Source: Hemiscyllium ocellatum (Eukaryota). Taken from it: 64,000 nt of DNA. How positions within the stretch are numbered: position 1 is the stretch's first letter; each line of letters opens with the position of its first letter. The notes below the pieces were generated by a model that had not been told where the DNA came from, did not search any database, and saw only the letters and a program-made list of their open reading frames with translations. The DNA is taken from the NCBI RefSeq assembly GCF_020745735.1, contig NW_026867509.1, forward strand, positions 1,736,001 through 1,800,000, read 5' to 3'. Shown one piece after another: positions 52,061 through 64,000 of this stretch. Position numbers and translations under genes: made by a program.

Positions 52061-53493
52061 ATGTATGGCCCAGCGAATGTCTCGTTTTAAGCCCTTTATT
52101 ATTCAGCTCTTGCTACTACTGGTGTCCCTGGTCAGTAACCGATTCTAAGTATTTGTTTTCAAGTGCAAAAAGTATTTCCGTTTTTTTCTAATTGCCACCG
52201 CTGAAGGAAACGCAGCCAGATCACCGTGTAAATGTAAAGTATTAAGTTATACTAACTTGCACGCGTTTGCAGTACACAGCAACATTATATCCAAGCTGTT
52301 GTATTGAGCAATTGGCGAATAATCGGTTACTAGATTACTGGTTTGTGAATTGCAATGTGTGGTATTGCCAGAATAATAATAAGATTAGCTGCTCAAAATT
52401 TAATTCTATTACATTGTTGAAACGTCAAACTGCTCTTTTTGCTGTTGTCTGGAATAATGCCTTATCATTGTGTTCGATATTTTTATGCACAGATGACATG
52501 ATGATCCCGAAGAAAATTATTGCAGATACGTCATTATTTTAAGGATTAAAAGTTTCATCTCGTGATTACTCAAGTCAGTTCAATAATCGTTTTCAATTTC
52601 CCCCAGTCAACCTGCTAGCGATCATCATACTATTACAAGGACAGTGCGGACTTTCTGGGTGCACAACCTTTTCCTTGATGAGGACAACAGTGAGTGATTT
52701 TCTTGTGATCATCACTGAGTGCATCCTGAATCGGACTGGCGACATTTACTTTTGGCACGGTGCCCTGTCCACGACCACTACCTGTACAGTACGCACCGTG
52801 ATGATCTATGCCAGCCGGGATGGCTCAGTCTGGCTAACTGTTGAATTCACCATCGACCGTTTCGTCGTTACTAGTTGCTGAAGTCTGAAGACAAGTTACT
52901 GAGTCGAAAAAGTTACTGCTCTTCGGAGTGTTTTGCATCATGAGATGCATCAAGAACCTGCCTTCCTACTTCGTCTACCAGCCCTTGTACATTGTGGACG
53001 TGGTGTCCTGGTTCTGTGACTTCAGAGACTCGTACTTAAACTCTGTATGGAAATCCTATGACTGGCTGAATCACATCTTGACGCCTATTGTCTCATTCCT
53101 CCTTATTCTGCTGCTCAATGCTGTGACTGTTAGATACTCCTTGGTGGCCAGCAGTGCCCGAAGCAGACTCAGGGGCACAGCGAGCCACAGAAACTCAGAG
53201 AAGGCCAAGTGCAAGAGGTCCATCAGACTGCTCTTCACCATCTCCATCAGCTTCCTCCTTCTAAGGGTAACCTATGTCGGGCGCTTCCCCTGTGCGGCTT
53301 GCAGTTGAGGCATACTTCAGCGGCTTGGATGTCACTAACACACAGTTCATTCTCCAGAGAATCGACGAACATCTGCAGATACTAAGTTCTTGCAACAACG
53401 TCTTCATTTATGCAATATCCCAGAGCAAGTTCTGAGATGAACTAAACAAGGTGATGTTGTCTCCCTTCACATCTCTCGCTGTGTGCAAACAAT
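52061..53493 (+). pseudogene. GPR139-like GPCR copy E pseudogene (exon 1 52061-52130, exon 2 52607-about 53493), paralog of copy A
   Basis: Exon 1 MYGPANVSF*ALYYSALATTGVP G|GTCAGT; acceptor TTTCCCCCAG|TC AAC CTG; stops after DRFVVTSC, frameshifts, and the terminal TAA changed to CAA. Closely similar to 1-864. Confidence 0.9.
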
Positions 53494-54624
53494 GTTATCA
53501 TGTTTTCCGTCAATCAAGGGGGCTCAGTGTGTAACACATTCTCTCCCTGTCGAAATTAAATGACATTTGTGCGTTCATGCTTCTGTACTGGAATTGTGGA
53601 CAGCGTATTTATCAGCCTTGACATACTCTGTTACTAATACTCATGGAAAATAAACTAGCAGAAGATGTATTTTTAAGGATGAGGAAGTCACCTGTGGTCC
53701 ATGCCTGTCATGATTATTTTACATGGCCAATGATCCGAGCTATATCATTTGATATTCATTTCTTTCTCTCCTCCGCCCCTTCCCTCTCGGTCGCCATTCT
53801 TATGTTACTTCCGTTTTCTCCCTCATTCGTGTCTCAGCACTATTTCATCTATTTATTTGAATCATTCACGTTGTCTTTCAATTTGACACAATCCTGATGA
53901 ATAGTTCATTATGTCCTCAACAATGACCTCAACAGTTTTTTTGTTTTCGCTGGATTACATAATTGATGCTTCTCTTGGTAAAACTCAAATTTAGTTAAAG
54001 CCTTTCACAGTATTTGCAGTTCCAAAGAACACAGCCCCCTCGCCCTTCCCCACTCCAGCAAAACCTCCCCACGCTAAACCTCGTCATACACACATATATT
54101 CGGTGCCTGAAGTCAAATGCGTGGTATTTCCTTCAGCTACAAGAAAATCAAGGTTAATTTCATGATTTTCCAATGTTATGTTTTGATCAATAATATGCAG
54201 GACGAACAGAAACGATGTTTCTTTTGTCCTTTAGACAATTAACACATTTGCCAGGTCCTGCTTGTCGTTCCTCGCCTTACCCTCTATGAAGGTTCTCAAT
54301 GTGATAAGGCATTCAGATAAATTACGTGCGGCGATTTTCAGTGACTAATATATGATGTTTCTTCTACTTGTTCTGCAATAACAATTATATTACCATGCAG
54401 ACAAACAATTGCTCCTCGATTGCAAGTATTGTGGACATCTTCATTGTTATTTATCTGCACACACACACACACACACACACACATTTGAATGTGTGCAATA
54501 TATTCTTGGGAATTGAACATCTCCACCAAGGTTGTTGCCTATTCTTCATGCTGCAGTGGCGGTTGGACTGACACAAGTTTCAACAAACGCGCAGGATGAA
54601 AATCTAACAGAAGTGATTTTTGGA

Positions 54625-54725
54625 AGTTATTGGGCTAGTATAGGTTAGGTAGGACTCGGTCGGCGCAACATCGAGGGCCGAAGGGCCTGTACTGCGCTGT
54701 ATCCTTCTATGTTCTATGTTCTATG
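54625..54725 (+). mobile_element. Short young CR1 3' tail insertion, absent from the paralogous site near 1980
   Basis: GGCGCAACATCGAGGGCCGAAGGGCCTGTACTGCGCTGTA..TCTATGTTCTATGTTCTATG. Confidence 0.75.
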
Positions 54726-55299
54726 ATTAATTGAACACCAACCTTTAATTTGACATGTTCGTATCGGTGAGATCTGTGTCACCAAAAAAAATTAGGGCAT
54801 GATCTTATTGAATGTTGGAGCAGGCTCGAAAGGTCGGGTGGCCTTCCCCTGCTCCTCGTTCTTATGTTCCCATGTTCTTATAAAAGTCAACTGGGACACG
54901 CAGTTTTCTGATGACGAGTTAGTGGACTCAAAATTTTAACTCTGTTTTCTCCTGACAGACCGGCTGAGTTTCATCAGCAAGTTCTGTTTGGCTTCAGATT
55001 TCAGCACTCACTTGTCTTATTTTATTGTTCGAGAACAGACAACAAAAATTAAATACAAACTAATGATTGTTCTGACAATACATTTGAAAGTTCTGAACAT
55101 GAAGCGGACTTTCACAAAACCACACATTTTTGTTTATGCAACTCGATGAGTTGACAAAGTGTCCGAATTTAATCTTTCCTGTGTAGCACCTGCCGCACAG
55201 TAGTATGTGCCGACACCTGAGTAAGACAATGCAAATTGTCACATCATCCAAGAGGCATTCTAGCCATTTTGTTGTTCAGCAATTTGCGCACTAAATTCA

Positions 55300-55620
55300 G
55301 TTTTCACAGTGACCCGATATGAAGACCATCAGAAAAAAACATCAACGTGCTTCAAATCATCAATAGCCCCAACATCCAAGTTACCAACACCTAGATCCCA
55401 CTCCGCTAGTCTGGACATATGATAGCATGCCTAAGCTATGACTATGAAAATAAATCATCTTCACTGAGCTCAAAGGAGTACTCAAACGTCAAGGAAACAT
55501 TTCAAACACATCCTGAAGACTTCCCTCCAGAAATGGAAGAGATGTAAACACGTGGGTGACCGTCTTTCTATTCTAATCCAGTGGCACAACTTCCAAGCTG
55601 AAACTTGGAACAGGAATTGT
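55300..55620 (+). mobile_element. Possible RTE-clade LINE 3' remnant
   Basis: GTCAAGGAAACATTTCAAACACATCCTGAAGACTTCCCT resembles the GQRKRFKDTLKASL end of RTE ORFs. Confidence 0.4.
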
Positions 55621-57089
55621 AGAAATGTCACGAATGTCGAACCCAAAACTTAATTCCAACTCCCTCAGCAATGGCCAAATTCATGATGTTAAGTGTGGAT
55701 CTTGGAGTTGGTAGGAGTCATGCCACAACCCACAGAAATGTGGCGAATATCATGGAATTTTCTCATCTGAAATCGAACGCTTTAATGACTAATATGAGAA
55801 TCATGACCAGTTTAGACACATTTCAACATCCACCAGAACATGGTGGGGTGACACCTATATCCAGCTAGGGAGCAGTCAGATGTGCTGTTCGTTGCATCAC
55901 GATTCAAGATCAGGATTTATCAGATATCCTGTGGAGTCTAGGTGTTAACAGAGCCATGAGCTGGAATAGTAACCTTCACAACCTGAACAAAAAGCGAGGG
56001 TAATAATTGATATTATTTAAATTGAGTCTTCAAAAGCCTTGTGTTTTTCTGGAAAGCAAACCGTGTTTGTTCTCATATGGAGGCTTCATTATCATCTCTT
56101 TCCGGTTGGAAATTTCTCTCTTTTCATTCGCAATTATTCTTCCATTATGTAATCCAGTCTCGTGAAATGTGCCTTCATGCCTAGTGCGAGTCTTTTGAAT
56201 TAAACACGTTGACCAAATTCATCGTGGAACTTCTGGCCATTTCAAGCGAGGGTTCTGCAATCAGACGAGTTGAATGACGCTTTTTATTGGTGATGTACAT
56301 TTGCTGCAGCTCAGCAGCTCAAAGCAGGCTCCTCCTCTCTTCTTTCATGCAGCACGGCTGATGAACAACATCAAATTATAACAATTCCACTTTCTTCAGA
56401 AAGAAACCCAAGGCGACAATATGAACCTGTTCAATCTTCAATGTTATGCACAGGATTGGAAGGACATTCCATTCGGCGCAACTGATACTGCATATTCCTG
56501 CACTAAGTATTTAGGAGAATCAGGTTGATGTGATGCTGGTGCCTCTTTAAGCATCACGTTGAAATAACTTTTGTCTTAAATTATGTGCTCTGCTTTATGG
56601 ATTCTCATTGAGCAACCTCTTTGTAAATATTTTGGAAATATGTTATGCTTTATGCAGACATACCTATTGTAGTCATTCACGATATGAACAATTATGTCAT
56701 AAGTACTTGTTTTTTAATTGCATTTAAATGTGCTTAGCATTTCAACGAAAAAAGTCATATGCACAAAGTGCACAGAGAGCCTGTAGCCAGGTGCATTTGT
56801 GAAAAGCATTTACATCACCATTTGGTCAGCACAGATATGATGGTCCAAAGGGTCTGTTTCTATGCTGTATTGTTATATGACTGACGGTGACTGCTGGTTC
56901 ACCCTCTTGACTGAATGAACACGAAATTATAACATTATTGATAAATAAAAACCAAAAGAACAGCAGATGCTAAAAATCAGGACCAAAAACAGATGTCACT
57001 GGAAATGCTGAATAGGTATGGCAACAATTGTGAAGAAAGATCTGTGTGGAAGTTTTGGGTCCGTTACTGCCAAGCTTTTGCAGCAACTT

Positions 57090-57440
57090 CTCTTTTTGTT
57101 CATTACTTTATTGGTACTGGTAGTACTGAGTTGTCAGACACTGCAGTGTTTCATTGTACAACCATGTGCTGACACAAATAAGAAGCACTCCCACAAACCA
57201 TCTTTCCAGCTGCCCATCAGAAACTCTCATGACTGTCGACTTCTCAAAACGTCATCTCATGTGTGATCCGATCAAAAGGTTTCACCTCTTCTATAACAAA
57301 ATTGTTATGCTGACTAACTTCTGAGGGATGCCACGTCCCTCGTGGATCGTCTAGTCTGCAGAACCATTCACTGGATCCAAAGCCCAGAGTCCGGAACTTT
57401 ACTTTTGTGAGTCGCTATCAAAATTGGATTTTGTTTCTCT
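57090..57440 (-). pseudogene. Possible highly decayed V-segment relic
   Basis: A DSDSQ-like start at 57419, a Cys-equivalent codon about 280 nt later, then CTCAGTA + 24 nt + ACAAAAAGA. Confidence 0.3.
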
Positions 57441-58614
57441 CACTTATCGCCAGGGGGAGAAGAGTAACCCGATCATTTATGTGCAGCTTAAATATCAAGA
57501 TGTGATTTGCTGATAAAGAGTTAGGGAATTTGCTGAGACGATGAAAAGTGTTCATTTCTGTACAGCCTAACAGAATCCTCAAGCACCTAAGACTTTTACT
57601 GGAGGCTCTGACTCATTAGTCAGCCACTCTTCAATGCTTTTAATTGGTTTGTGTAGTTCAGATGTGAGTTACATCCTATCATCTTGATATTTTAAGCATG
57701 TCACTGTTATCCTTGACCTGTGAATCGACCAATGTGTCATTCTGAAACTGTTAACATGAAGGTACGGATCAGGACTTAATGAAGCACAATATGTTTGACA
57801 TCATTCAAATATGCTGTCCATCGCATTGCCAGCCCCGGTCGCGTTTCCTCAGATATCCTGCAGAGTTGATGTGCTAACAGAGACAAGAGCGGGAATAGTC
57901 AACCTCCGAACCTGAACGAAAAGCAAAGATAATAACTGCGACTATTTTAACTGCGCAAAGATAATAACTGCTACTATTTCAACTGTAGTTTTCTGGTAAA
58001 CGAACTGTATTTTTGCCTATTTGGCTCCTTCACTGTCATCTCTTTTCCTGTTTGAAATTTATCCCTTTTTCATTCACAGTTATTCCTCCATTTTATAATT
58101 CATTCTCGTGAAATGTGCCTTCATGCCTCGTGCGAGGTCTTTTGAAGTCAATATCCTCAACAAATTCATCGAGGAACTTCTGGAAATTTTTAGCGAGGGT
58201 TCTGGATTCACACGAGGTGAAGAACAATTTTATTGGTGATGTGGAAAGAGTGCCTGCAGCATTTATGAAAAATATTTTCATCATCAGTTGGTCAGCACAG
58301 ACATGTTGGACCAAAGGGACTGTTTCTATGTCGTATTGTTCTATGACCGACTATGACTCTAGGTTCACCCTTTTGACAGAATGAACAATAATTAATGACA
58401 TTGTTGGTGAATTCAAAACAGAAAGATCAATGATCGTGAAAATCAGGATCAAAAACAGTAGTTATGGAATAGCTGAGTAGGTATGGCAACATCAGTGAAG
58501 AAAACTCCGACTGAAAGTTCTGGGTCTAATTTTAATGAAGGATCAATACATCGAAACATTAACTCAACTATTTTTTCACATATGTTGATAGACCTGCCAA
58601 GCTTTTGCAGCAAC

Positions 58615-58980
58615 TCCTCTTTTTGTTCATTACGTTATTGCTGGTGGTGGTACTGAGTGATCAGGCACAGTAGTGTATCACCGTACAAAGATGTGCTGAC
58701 ACAAAGGCTGAGCACTTCCACAAACCATTTTTGCAATTGCTTATCAGAAACTCTCATGACTGTCGTCTACTCAATACATCATCTCACATGTGATCGTTTC
58801 AAAAGGTTTCACTTCTTCTATAACAAAAGGGTTATGCTGATTGGCAGGATGCAGGATGCCGAGTTCCAAGTGCATCCTCTTTTCTGATAAACCACGTTTT
58901 ACTGGATCGAATGCCCAAACACAGGAACTTTATTTTTGTGACACGCTACCAAATTTCGACATTGTTTCTCTCACTTATCG
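58615..58980 (-). pseudogene. Possible highly decayed V-segment relic (duplicate of 57090-57440)
   Basis: GSVSQ (GGT AGC GTG TCA CAA), TGGTTTATCAGAAAAGAGGA, ..GAT A CAC TAC TGT GCC, then CTCAGTA + 24 nt + ACAAAAAGA. Confidence 0.35.
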
Positions 58981-59692
58981 CCAAAGGGAGAAGAGCAACT
59001 CGTTGGTCTATACGCAGCTTAAATATCTAGATATGATTTGCTGACAAAAAAAATTAACCTAGTTGCGAGAGGATAAACAATGCTCATTTTCCATCCATCC
59101 AAACAAAATAAACCTCAAGTAACTGAGAGTTTTACTGGTACCTCTGACTCATTAGGCAGCTGCTACTCAATGTTTTTAATTGATTCGTTTGGTTCCAATG
59201 TGAGTTACATCATATCTCCTTCTTGATATTTTAAAGCATGTCAGCGTTACCCTTGACTTGTGAATTGACAACGTGCCATTCTGGAATGGTTCACGTGAAG
59301 GTACAGGGGCAGCACTCAATAACGCACAATATGTATGACATTGTTCAGATTATTCTAATCGTACATTATGAGAGTCCTGTGGCAAGTTATTCTCTGAACC
59401 TGAATGCTGTACTTCCGTTTTACTGGAGGATATTGCTGGATCAAACAAAGTTGTTGAATTTTCCATAGCAGCTCATCGCTGTCACAGCATTTTCCACTTT
59501 CCTGAAATGCACCAAAAAAGTTGTTTGTTTTTCCTTTACATTCACGCAACAGTTTGTTCATTTCAATAATGGATTTATAATAATTAAAGCTTTGTGTCCG
59601 AATGACCAGTATCAGATATCACTGTGAGCTGGAGAAGCGCTTCAGATCTCACTGTTTGCTGAACACGCTAACATGTAGAGTGATGGTCTTCG

Positions 59693-59731
59693 AATTTTTG
59701 TACAGGATCAGCCCAGTTCTCATTCTGTGTG
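59693..59731 (-). other. RSS, 23-bp spacer (V1b), partly degenerate
   Basis: CACACAG + AATGAGAACTGGGCTGATCCTGT (23 nt) + ACAAAAATT. Confidence 0.85.
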
Positions 59732-60538
59732 GGACACAGTGCGCAGTAATACACTGCGGAGTCTGTTAGTTCTGCATTCAACATATTCAGTTTGATAGTG
59801 CGGTTCGCAGGATCAAAATTCCAAGAAAGCCGGTCCAGTAGAAAACTCCCCGTTTTCTCACTATTTTAGTCTTTCTGCAGCAGAAACTGCAAGGATCCGT
59901 TGGAAGTTTGACGGTACCAGTACAGGTCAGGATTGTTGTTTATTGTAGTGTAATTACATAACAGCAGCACATCTTCCCCTTCATTCAGTTTGATTGCAGC
60001 TGGTGTTTGTGAGACAGAATCGCCATGACAAAATTCTGGAAAAGCCATGAGTTATACAAAATTAAATAAGGAATGACAATACATTTATCGTCGAGAATTC
60101 GCCCGTGTACCTTGATCAATAAACCGAGAAATAAATGAGGGAAGTTGAATTAAATTCCATTTCATATGGGGTGATCATTTCCCATTTCATCTCGCGAAAC
60201 CTGTTGGGGAACATGAAAACTGTTGGTGGACATAAAAAAAATCTCCCCTCGATCGAATCATCTGAATGGCCTTAGTCCTGTTTGGGTTTCCAGCCAAAAT
60301 ATTCCACTGCCATTCGCTCGTGGACATTCACTAATTTCTCCCAAATTCTACTCATTGCTGTGGCAAATACATATACAATTTTTTTGGGAGAATATATTGT
60401 CGCTTCTATGTTGCGCAAAATGCTTGAATAAAATGCAATTCTCAGCAAAGAACTGAAACACATACATAGACAAATGTTCGACCTACTAGTTATAACAACT
60501 GCAGCTGTGAAGAGTAAACCCAGAGCTCCTGGCAATAT
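59732..60538 (-). pseudogene. TRAV: TCR V family 1 copy b pseudogene (leader 60538-60487, V exon 60035-59732)
   Basis: Leader starts ATA where V1a has ATG; GTAGGT donor and TTTTCCAG acceptor are intact. An in-frame TAA follows FLLQKD (59868-59866), then the frame continues to DSAVYYCALCP. Confidence 0.9.
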
Positions 60539-63216
60539 GTTTGTGGAGAGTTGACGGTGAATGCGAGCAGAATTGGCTGAAGCTAAAATGGTTCACGTCA
60601 AGAGTTGGGTAATTCAGATTGTGTAATTTCTGGATCTCTGCTCGTTGGACAATCTTTGGAAAGGCATCTTGTGAAAGCCAATGAGCATCAGGGTCCTTTA
60701 TTCTCCATTTCAGTCAATAAGCTTCAAGCGCTTTTGAACCTAACTTTATATTATGGTTGATGTGATAAAGCAACAAAGTTCTCAATAAGCGTTGCTAGAC
60801 CCGAAAGGTTCACTCAGCTTTCTCTTCACAGTTGCTGCCAGACCTGCGAGATTCTCCAGTTGTTTGCTTTTGTATCGGATTTCCAGCAACTGCAGTTCTT
60901 TGCTAATTTGTTTCACCAACGGTAGTGATTAGAAGCAGGTAAATCTCGTTGACGATGTGATCCTTCGTTTGGGTTGTTAAATTGACGGAGCTCTGTGCAA
61001 TTGGTTTGAACAGCAGATGTTGAGTCTCCTGATTTCAGGAACAGAATGCAAACTGGTTTCCCACGGCCAGTGCAATGTCCACATATAAATGAGGGGTGGC
61101 CTGGTGATGGAATATCAGACTCTGTGCAGTTATTTCAGGTGTAAATTAAATTTATTCATCGACAAACAAGGCCGTGGAGAGAAATGAAACCAAACGTCTC
61201 ATATCGATTAATATTTCTGTAAGCAAACGCAGAAAATGAAATTAGTTCATGCTGTTCGAGTACCAGAACCGTGGAACACCAGTTAACAAAGCTGCTCTCG
61301 GTCTTCGACAGCCCCATCAGCTGTTGCACAGGACCTGAGTGTCTGGGAGATTCTGAGAAAATAATGACGAAATAACTAAACAAATATTTTTTGAAAGAAT
61401 ACAACAGTAGAATCGAATGTTGCCTCTGATGCATTGGCTGGTAAGATCCATTGTAACTGACTTGCATTAACTTTACTTTGAGTCATCGTAAACATGGCTC
61501 CTGCATGGATATCAAATGCAATGCAGTGGATCAAACACATGGTTCACCTCCACATTGTCTCAGATTATACCAGGCTAACGTATTGCTCAACGAAAACATA
61601 AGAGATTCTGTCTAAGTCTCCCTCATTTGAATGCAAGTGGTGGAAGAGCCGAGGTAGATGCCAATGTAAATTCCAAATTTAGACTGAAGTCGTTAGACAT
61701 GATACAAAAATAAATGGGATGGCAATTGGCGATGAGTATTCAAAGAGTAGATACGATAACCAACTTACAGCCTGTTCCAATGACTGAGACGAGATGAGAC
61801 TCTGGCGAGATCTCCAGGAAATTTGAAGCAACGAGAAAGAAACAATTTATGAGTGGGTCGAAAGCAAATCATGAATTTTCATCAAATGCTTACATGATGA
61901 TGGCTTTGTGACTTAGTGGTCAGCAGTCCTGCTTTATAGCACCAAAGACCCTGGTTCGATTTCAGCCTCATTGAACTGTCATTTTGGCATTTGGACCTTC
62001 TCCCGATGTCAGCACGGACGTCCTGTGGGTTTTCTGGTTACCTCCCACAGTCAAAAATGGGCAGGTTAGATAAGTTAGATATACAAGGTCTGGAGGTGAC
62101 GTCCTTCAGAGGCTTGACGAACAAATGGCGTGCGTCCACATGCAGGGATTATTTCTTTAGGTTGTGTAAGTATTGACAATTTTATATGTATTTGTAACAT
62201 GTAAGTACCGCTGACTGGCCAGCGTTTATTACCTGACCTTCGTTGTCCTTGGTGAGAGTTGCCTCCTTGAACTGCTGCAGTTCACCTATTTTTGATTGAC
62301 TGACAATGCCGAGAGAGGGAATGATCTGTTTTTGACCAAGTGACAGTGAAGGACCGTCAATATATTTCCAAATCAAGATGGTTACTGGCTTGGGTATAAT
62401 ATTGAAGGTGGTGGTGTTCCCATATATCTCCTGGCAATTGGCTTTCCAGATGGAAGGTTTCATGCATATGGAAGGTTGCGTCTGAGGATCACTGGTAACC
62501 TTCTGCATTGCATCTTGTAGTTGGTATACACTGAGCCACGGTGGTTGAGGAAGTGAATGTTCATGGATGTAGTGTCACTTCAGCCTACCTGCTTTCCCCT
62601 CGATGAGAAAGTTCCTTGGGCATTGTTCGGACTGCACTCATCTGGGAAAGTAGACAGTACTCTGTCACACCCCTGATTCTGTCATGCATATTCTGGCAGG
62701 CTTTATGCCGTCAGGACAGACATTACTGGCGGCAGTGCTCCTCGTCTCCGAACTGCTCTTGTAGCCATTATGTTTATGCGTTGGGTACAGTTGAGGTTTT
62801 GGTCATTAAAACCTCAAGGATGTTGACCGTCGGAAATTCAGTGAGGCTAACACCATGTTTCTTTCAAATTTTCTTCAATTGTGATTTACCTTGATCGTTA
62901 GCCTCTGTGCATCATGCTTGTTATTTGATACTTTCTCCCATTTCATCTTCAACAGTGATTCACCATTCTGCACTCTGCAAGTACTATTACTGCATCCTTC
63001 CACTTTCCATTTTCCCCATTAATGTTTATGATTTCCAGATATACCCTTCCTTCACCTCTATCTCCATAACCAATTGTCATTACATCTGACTAAATGTTGT
63101 TGCTCCATACTTTCTAGTGTAATTTGCATTCATTTGCCTTATGTCTGATTATGAATCACACCATCAGTAATACTCATTCTTTAAACCCAGCATAACAGAA
63201 CTCCCGACCCCATGCA

Positions 63217-63255
63217 AGTTTTAGTACAGACTCACCCAGTGTTTGTGACACTGTG
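63217..63255 (-). other. RSS, 23-bp spacer (V2b)
   Basis: CACAGTG + TCACAAACACTGGGTGAGTCTGT (23 nt) + ACTAAAACT. Confidence 0.92.
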
Positions 63256-63592
63256 TCCTCATTGCACAGAGGAAGGTGGCGGTGTCATTAAGTCTGGCGT
63301 CTTTAACAGTCAGAATACTGACTTTATTCACTGTACTGATTGAAGCAGTGATCCTCTCAGATGGATTATCTTCTCTTTTGGCCATCACCAGATGCTGGGG
63401 TGGATGATTCGGGAGCTGAATGTACCAACGCACTGTGCTAATTGCACTGGCAAACGAGCAATTCATGGACACAATTCCCAATTCAGTTACGACCATCCAG
63501 GTAGGAAGTTGCTTCACTTCACTTTCTCCAGTCACCTCCTTGGAGATCAGAGTAGAAAACAGCAGGACGACACCGCAAATTTGGAACATCAT
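63256..63592 (-). CDS. TRAV: TCR V family 2 copy b; single-exon leader plus V, open frame
   Basis: MMFQICGVVLLFSTLISKEVTG-ESEVKQ..SMNCSF..RWYIQLP..DTATFLCAMR; 337 nt from ATG to heptamer, as in V2a. Confidence 0.87.
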
Positions 63593-63851
63593 CAGATTGC
63601 AAGATAGGTGATGAAAGTAATTAACCATGGAGCTTCCTTGAGGAACTGTAGTTAATTATTACATTTATACAAGTATCTATCTAGAGCAATGCACGGTTCA
63701 CGTCTAACTCACGCTTAACCTGTTGGAGCTGCTGAAAAAACTGAATCTGTGTTTGTTTCTGAATCGAGCCTCTCACACTGACAGTCGTTCACATTGTCTG
63801 GAAGTACACGCCTACACCGGCCCTCATCTTCGATATTTAGCATGGATTCAC

Positions 63852-63869
63852 ACTGACATCTAGTGGTGT
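63852..63869 (-). promoter_or_regulatory. Putative CTCF site upstream of V2b
   Basis: CCACTAGATGTCAG, identical to the site upstream of V2a. Confidence 0.5.
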
Positions 63870-64000
63870 TGATAAGTAATTGCATAGTTCAAATTCTCAC
63901 ACCAGTTCCGGTTCAATGGATCAACTCAAAATAACAGACATGGTCTCCTTCACCGCATCACACAGTGAACAGGTGAGCCCCTGCATTTCAAATTCATGTG

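Larger units (their letters stand above)
56130..59340. repeat. Local tandem duplication (about 56130-57800 versus 58080-59340)
   Basis: Shared CTCGTGAAATGTGCCTTCATGCCT, TGGTCAGCACAGA, GCCAAGCTTTTGCAGCAACT and TCTCTCACTTATCGCCA. The second copy lacks about 0.5 kb present in the first. Confidence 0.85.
52640..64000. repeat. Segmental duplication of 1-about 7300 (GPCR + V1 + V2 cassette)
   Basis: Collinear similarity through the GPCR, its 3' flank, V1, the shared block and V2 with its promoter. About 55230-59250 has no counterpart in the first copy. Confidence 0.9.

Noticed and set aside
58093-58384. Protein-looking ORFs on both strands in the local duplication
   Set aside because: Frames are not preserved in the duplicate at 56150-56300 (stops and shifts), and no domain is recognised.
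59588-59626. Second perfect heptamer CACAGTG about 70 bp beyond the V1b RSS
   Set aside because: No acceptable nonamer at 12 or 23 spacing (CACAAAGCT), and the heptamer is absent at the paralogous site near 2890.
1-64000. J, D or constant-region exons, tRNA/rRNA genes, CRISPR arrays, prokaryotic operons
   Set aside because: No FGxG J motif with an upstream 12-RSS, no C-domain exon and no regular repeat-spacer array were seen. The tRNA-like boxes belong to SINEs, and the DNA is vertebrate.

Overview
Eukaryotic, not prokaryotic, DNA: a cartilaginous-fish (shark-like) region, judged from V-SINE/HE1, CR1 and Penelope repeat types and the gene families present; this taxon call is inference. It holds a tandem array of five plus-strand, two-exon GPR139-like class A GPCR loci (one intact at 22828-25213, four pseudogenes). 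These are interleaved with minus-strand T-cell receptor alpha/delta-type V segments: four with 23-bp-spacer RSSs, in two families, plus two possible decayed V relics. The block GPCR(+) / V family 1(-) / V family 2(-) occurs twice (1-7300 and 52640-64000), so GPCR and V genes were duplicated together as one cassette. The rest is mostly decayed mobile DNA: nested CR1 LINEs, SINEs, a Gmr1-type LTR retrotransposon, and Penelope elements carrying hammerhead ribozyme motifs. There is also a C2H2 zinc-finger relic, a 1.1-kb C-rich tract and a 499-N assembly gap. Most ORF-track entries outside these features are non-coding noise.
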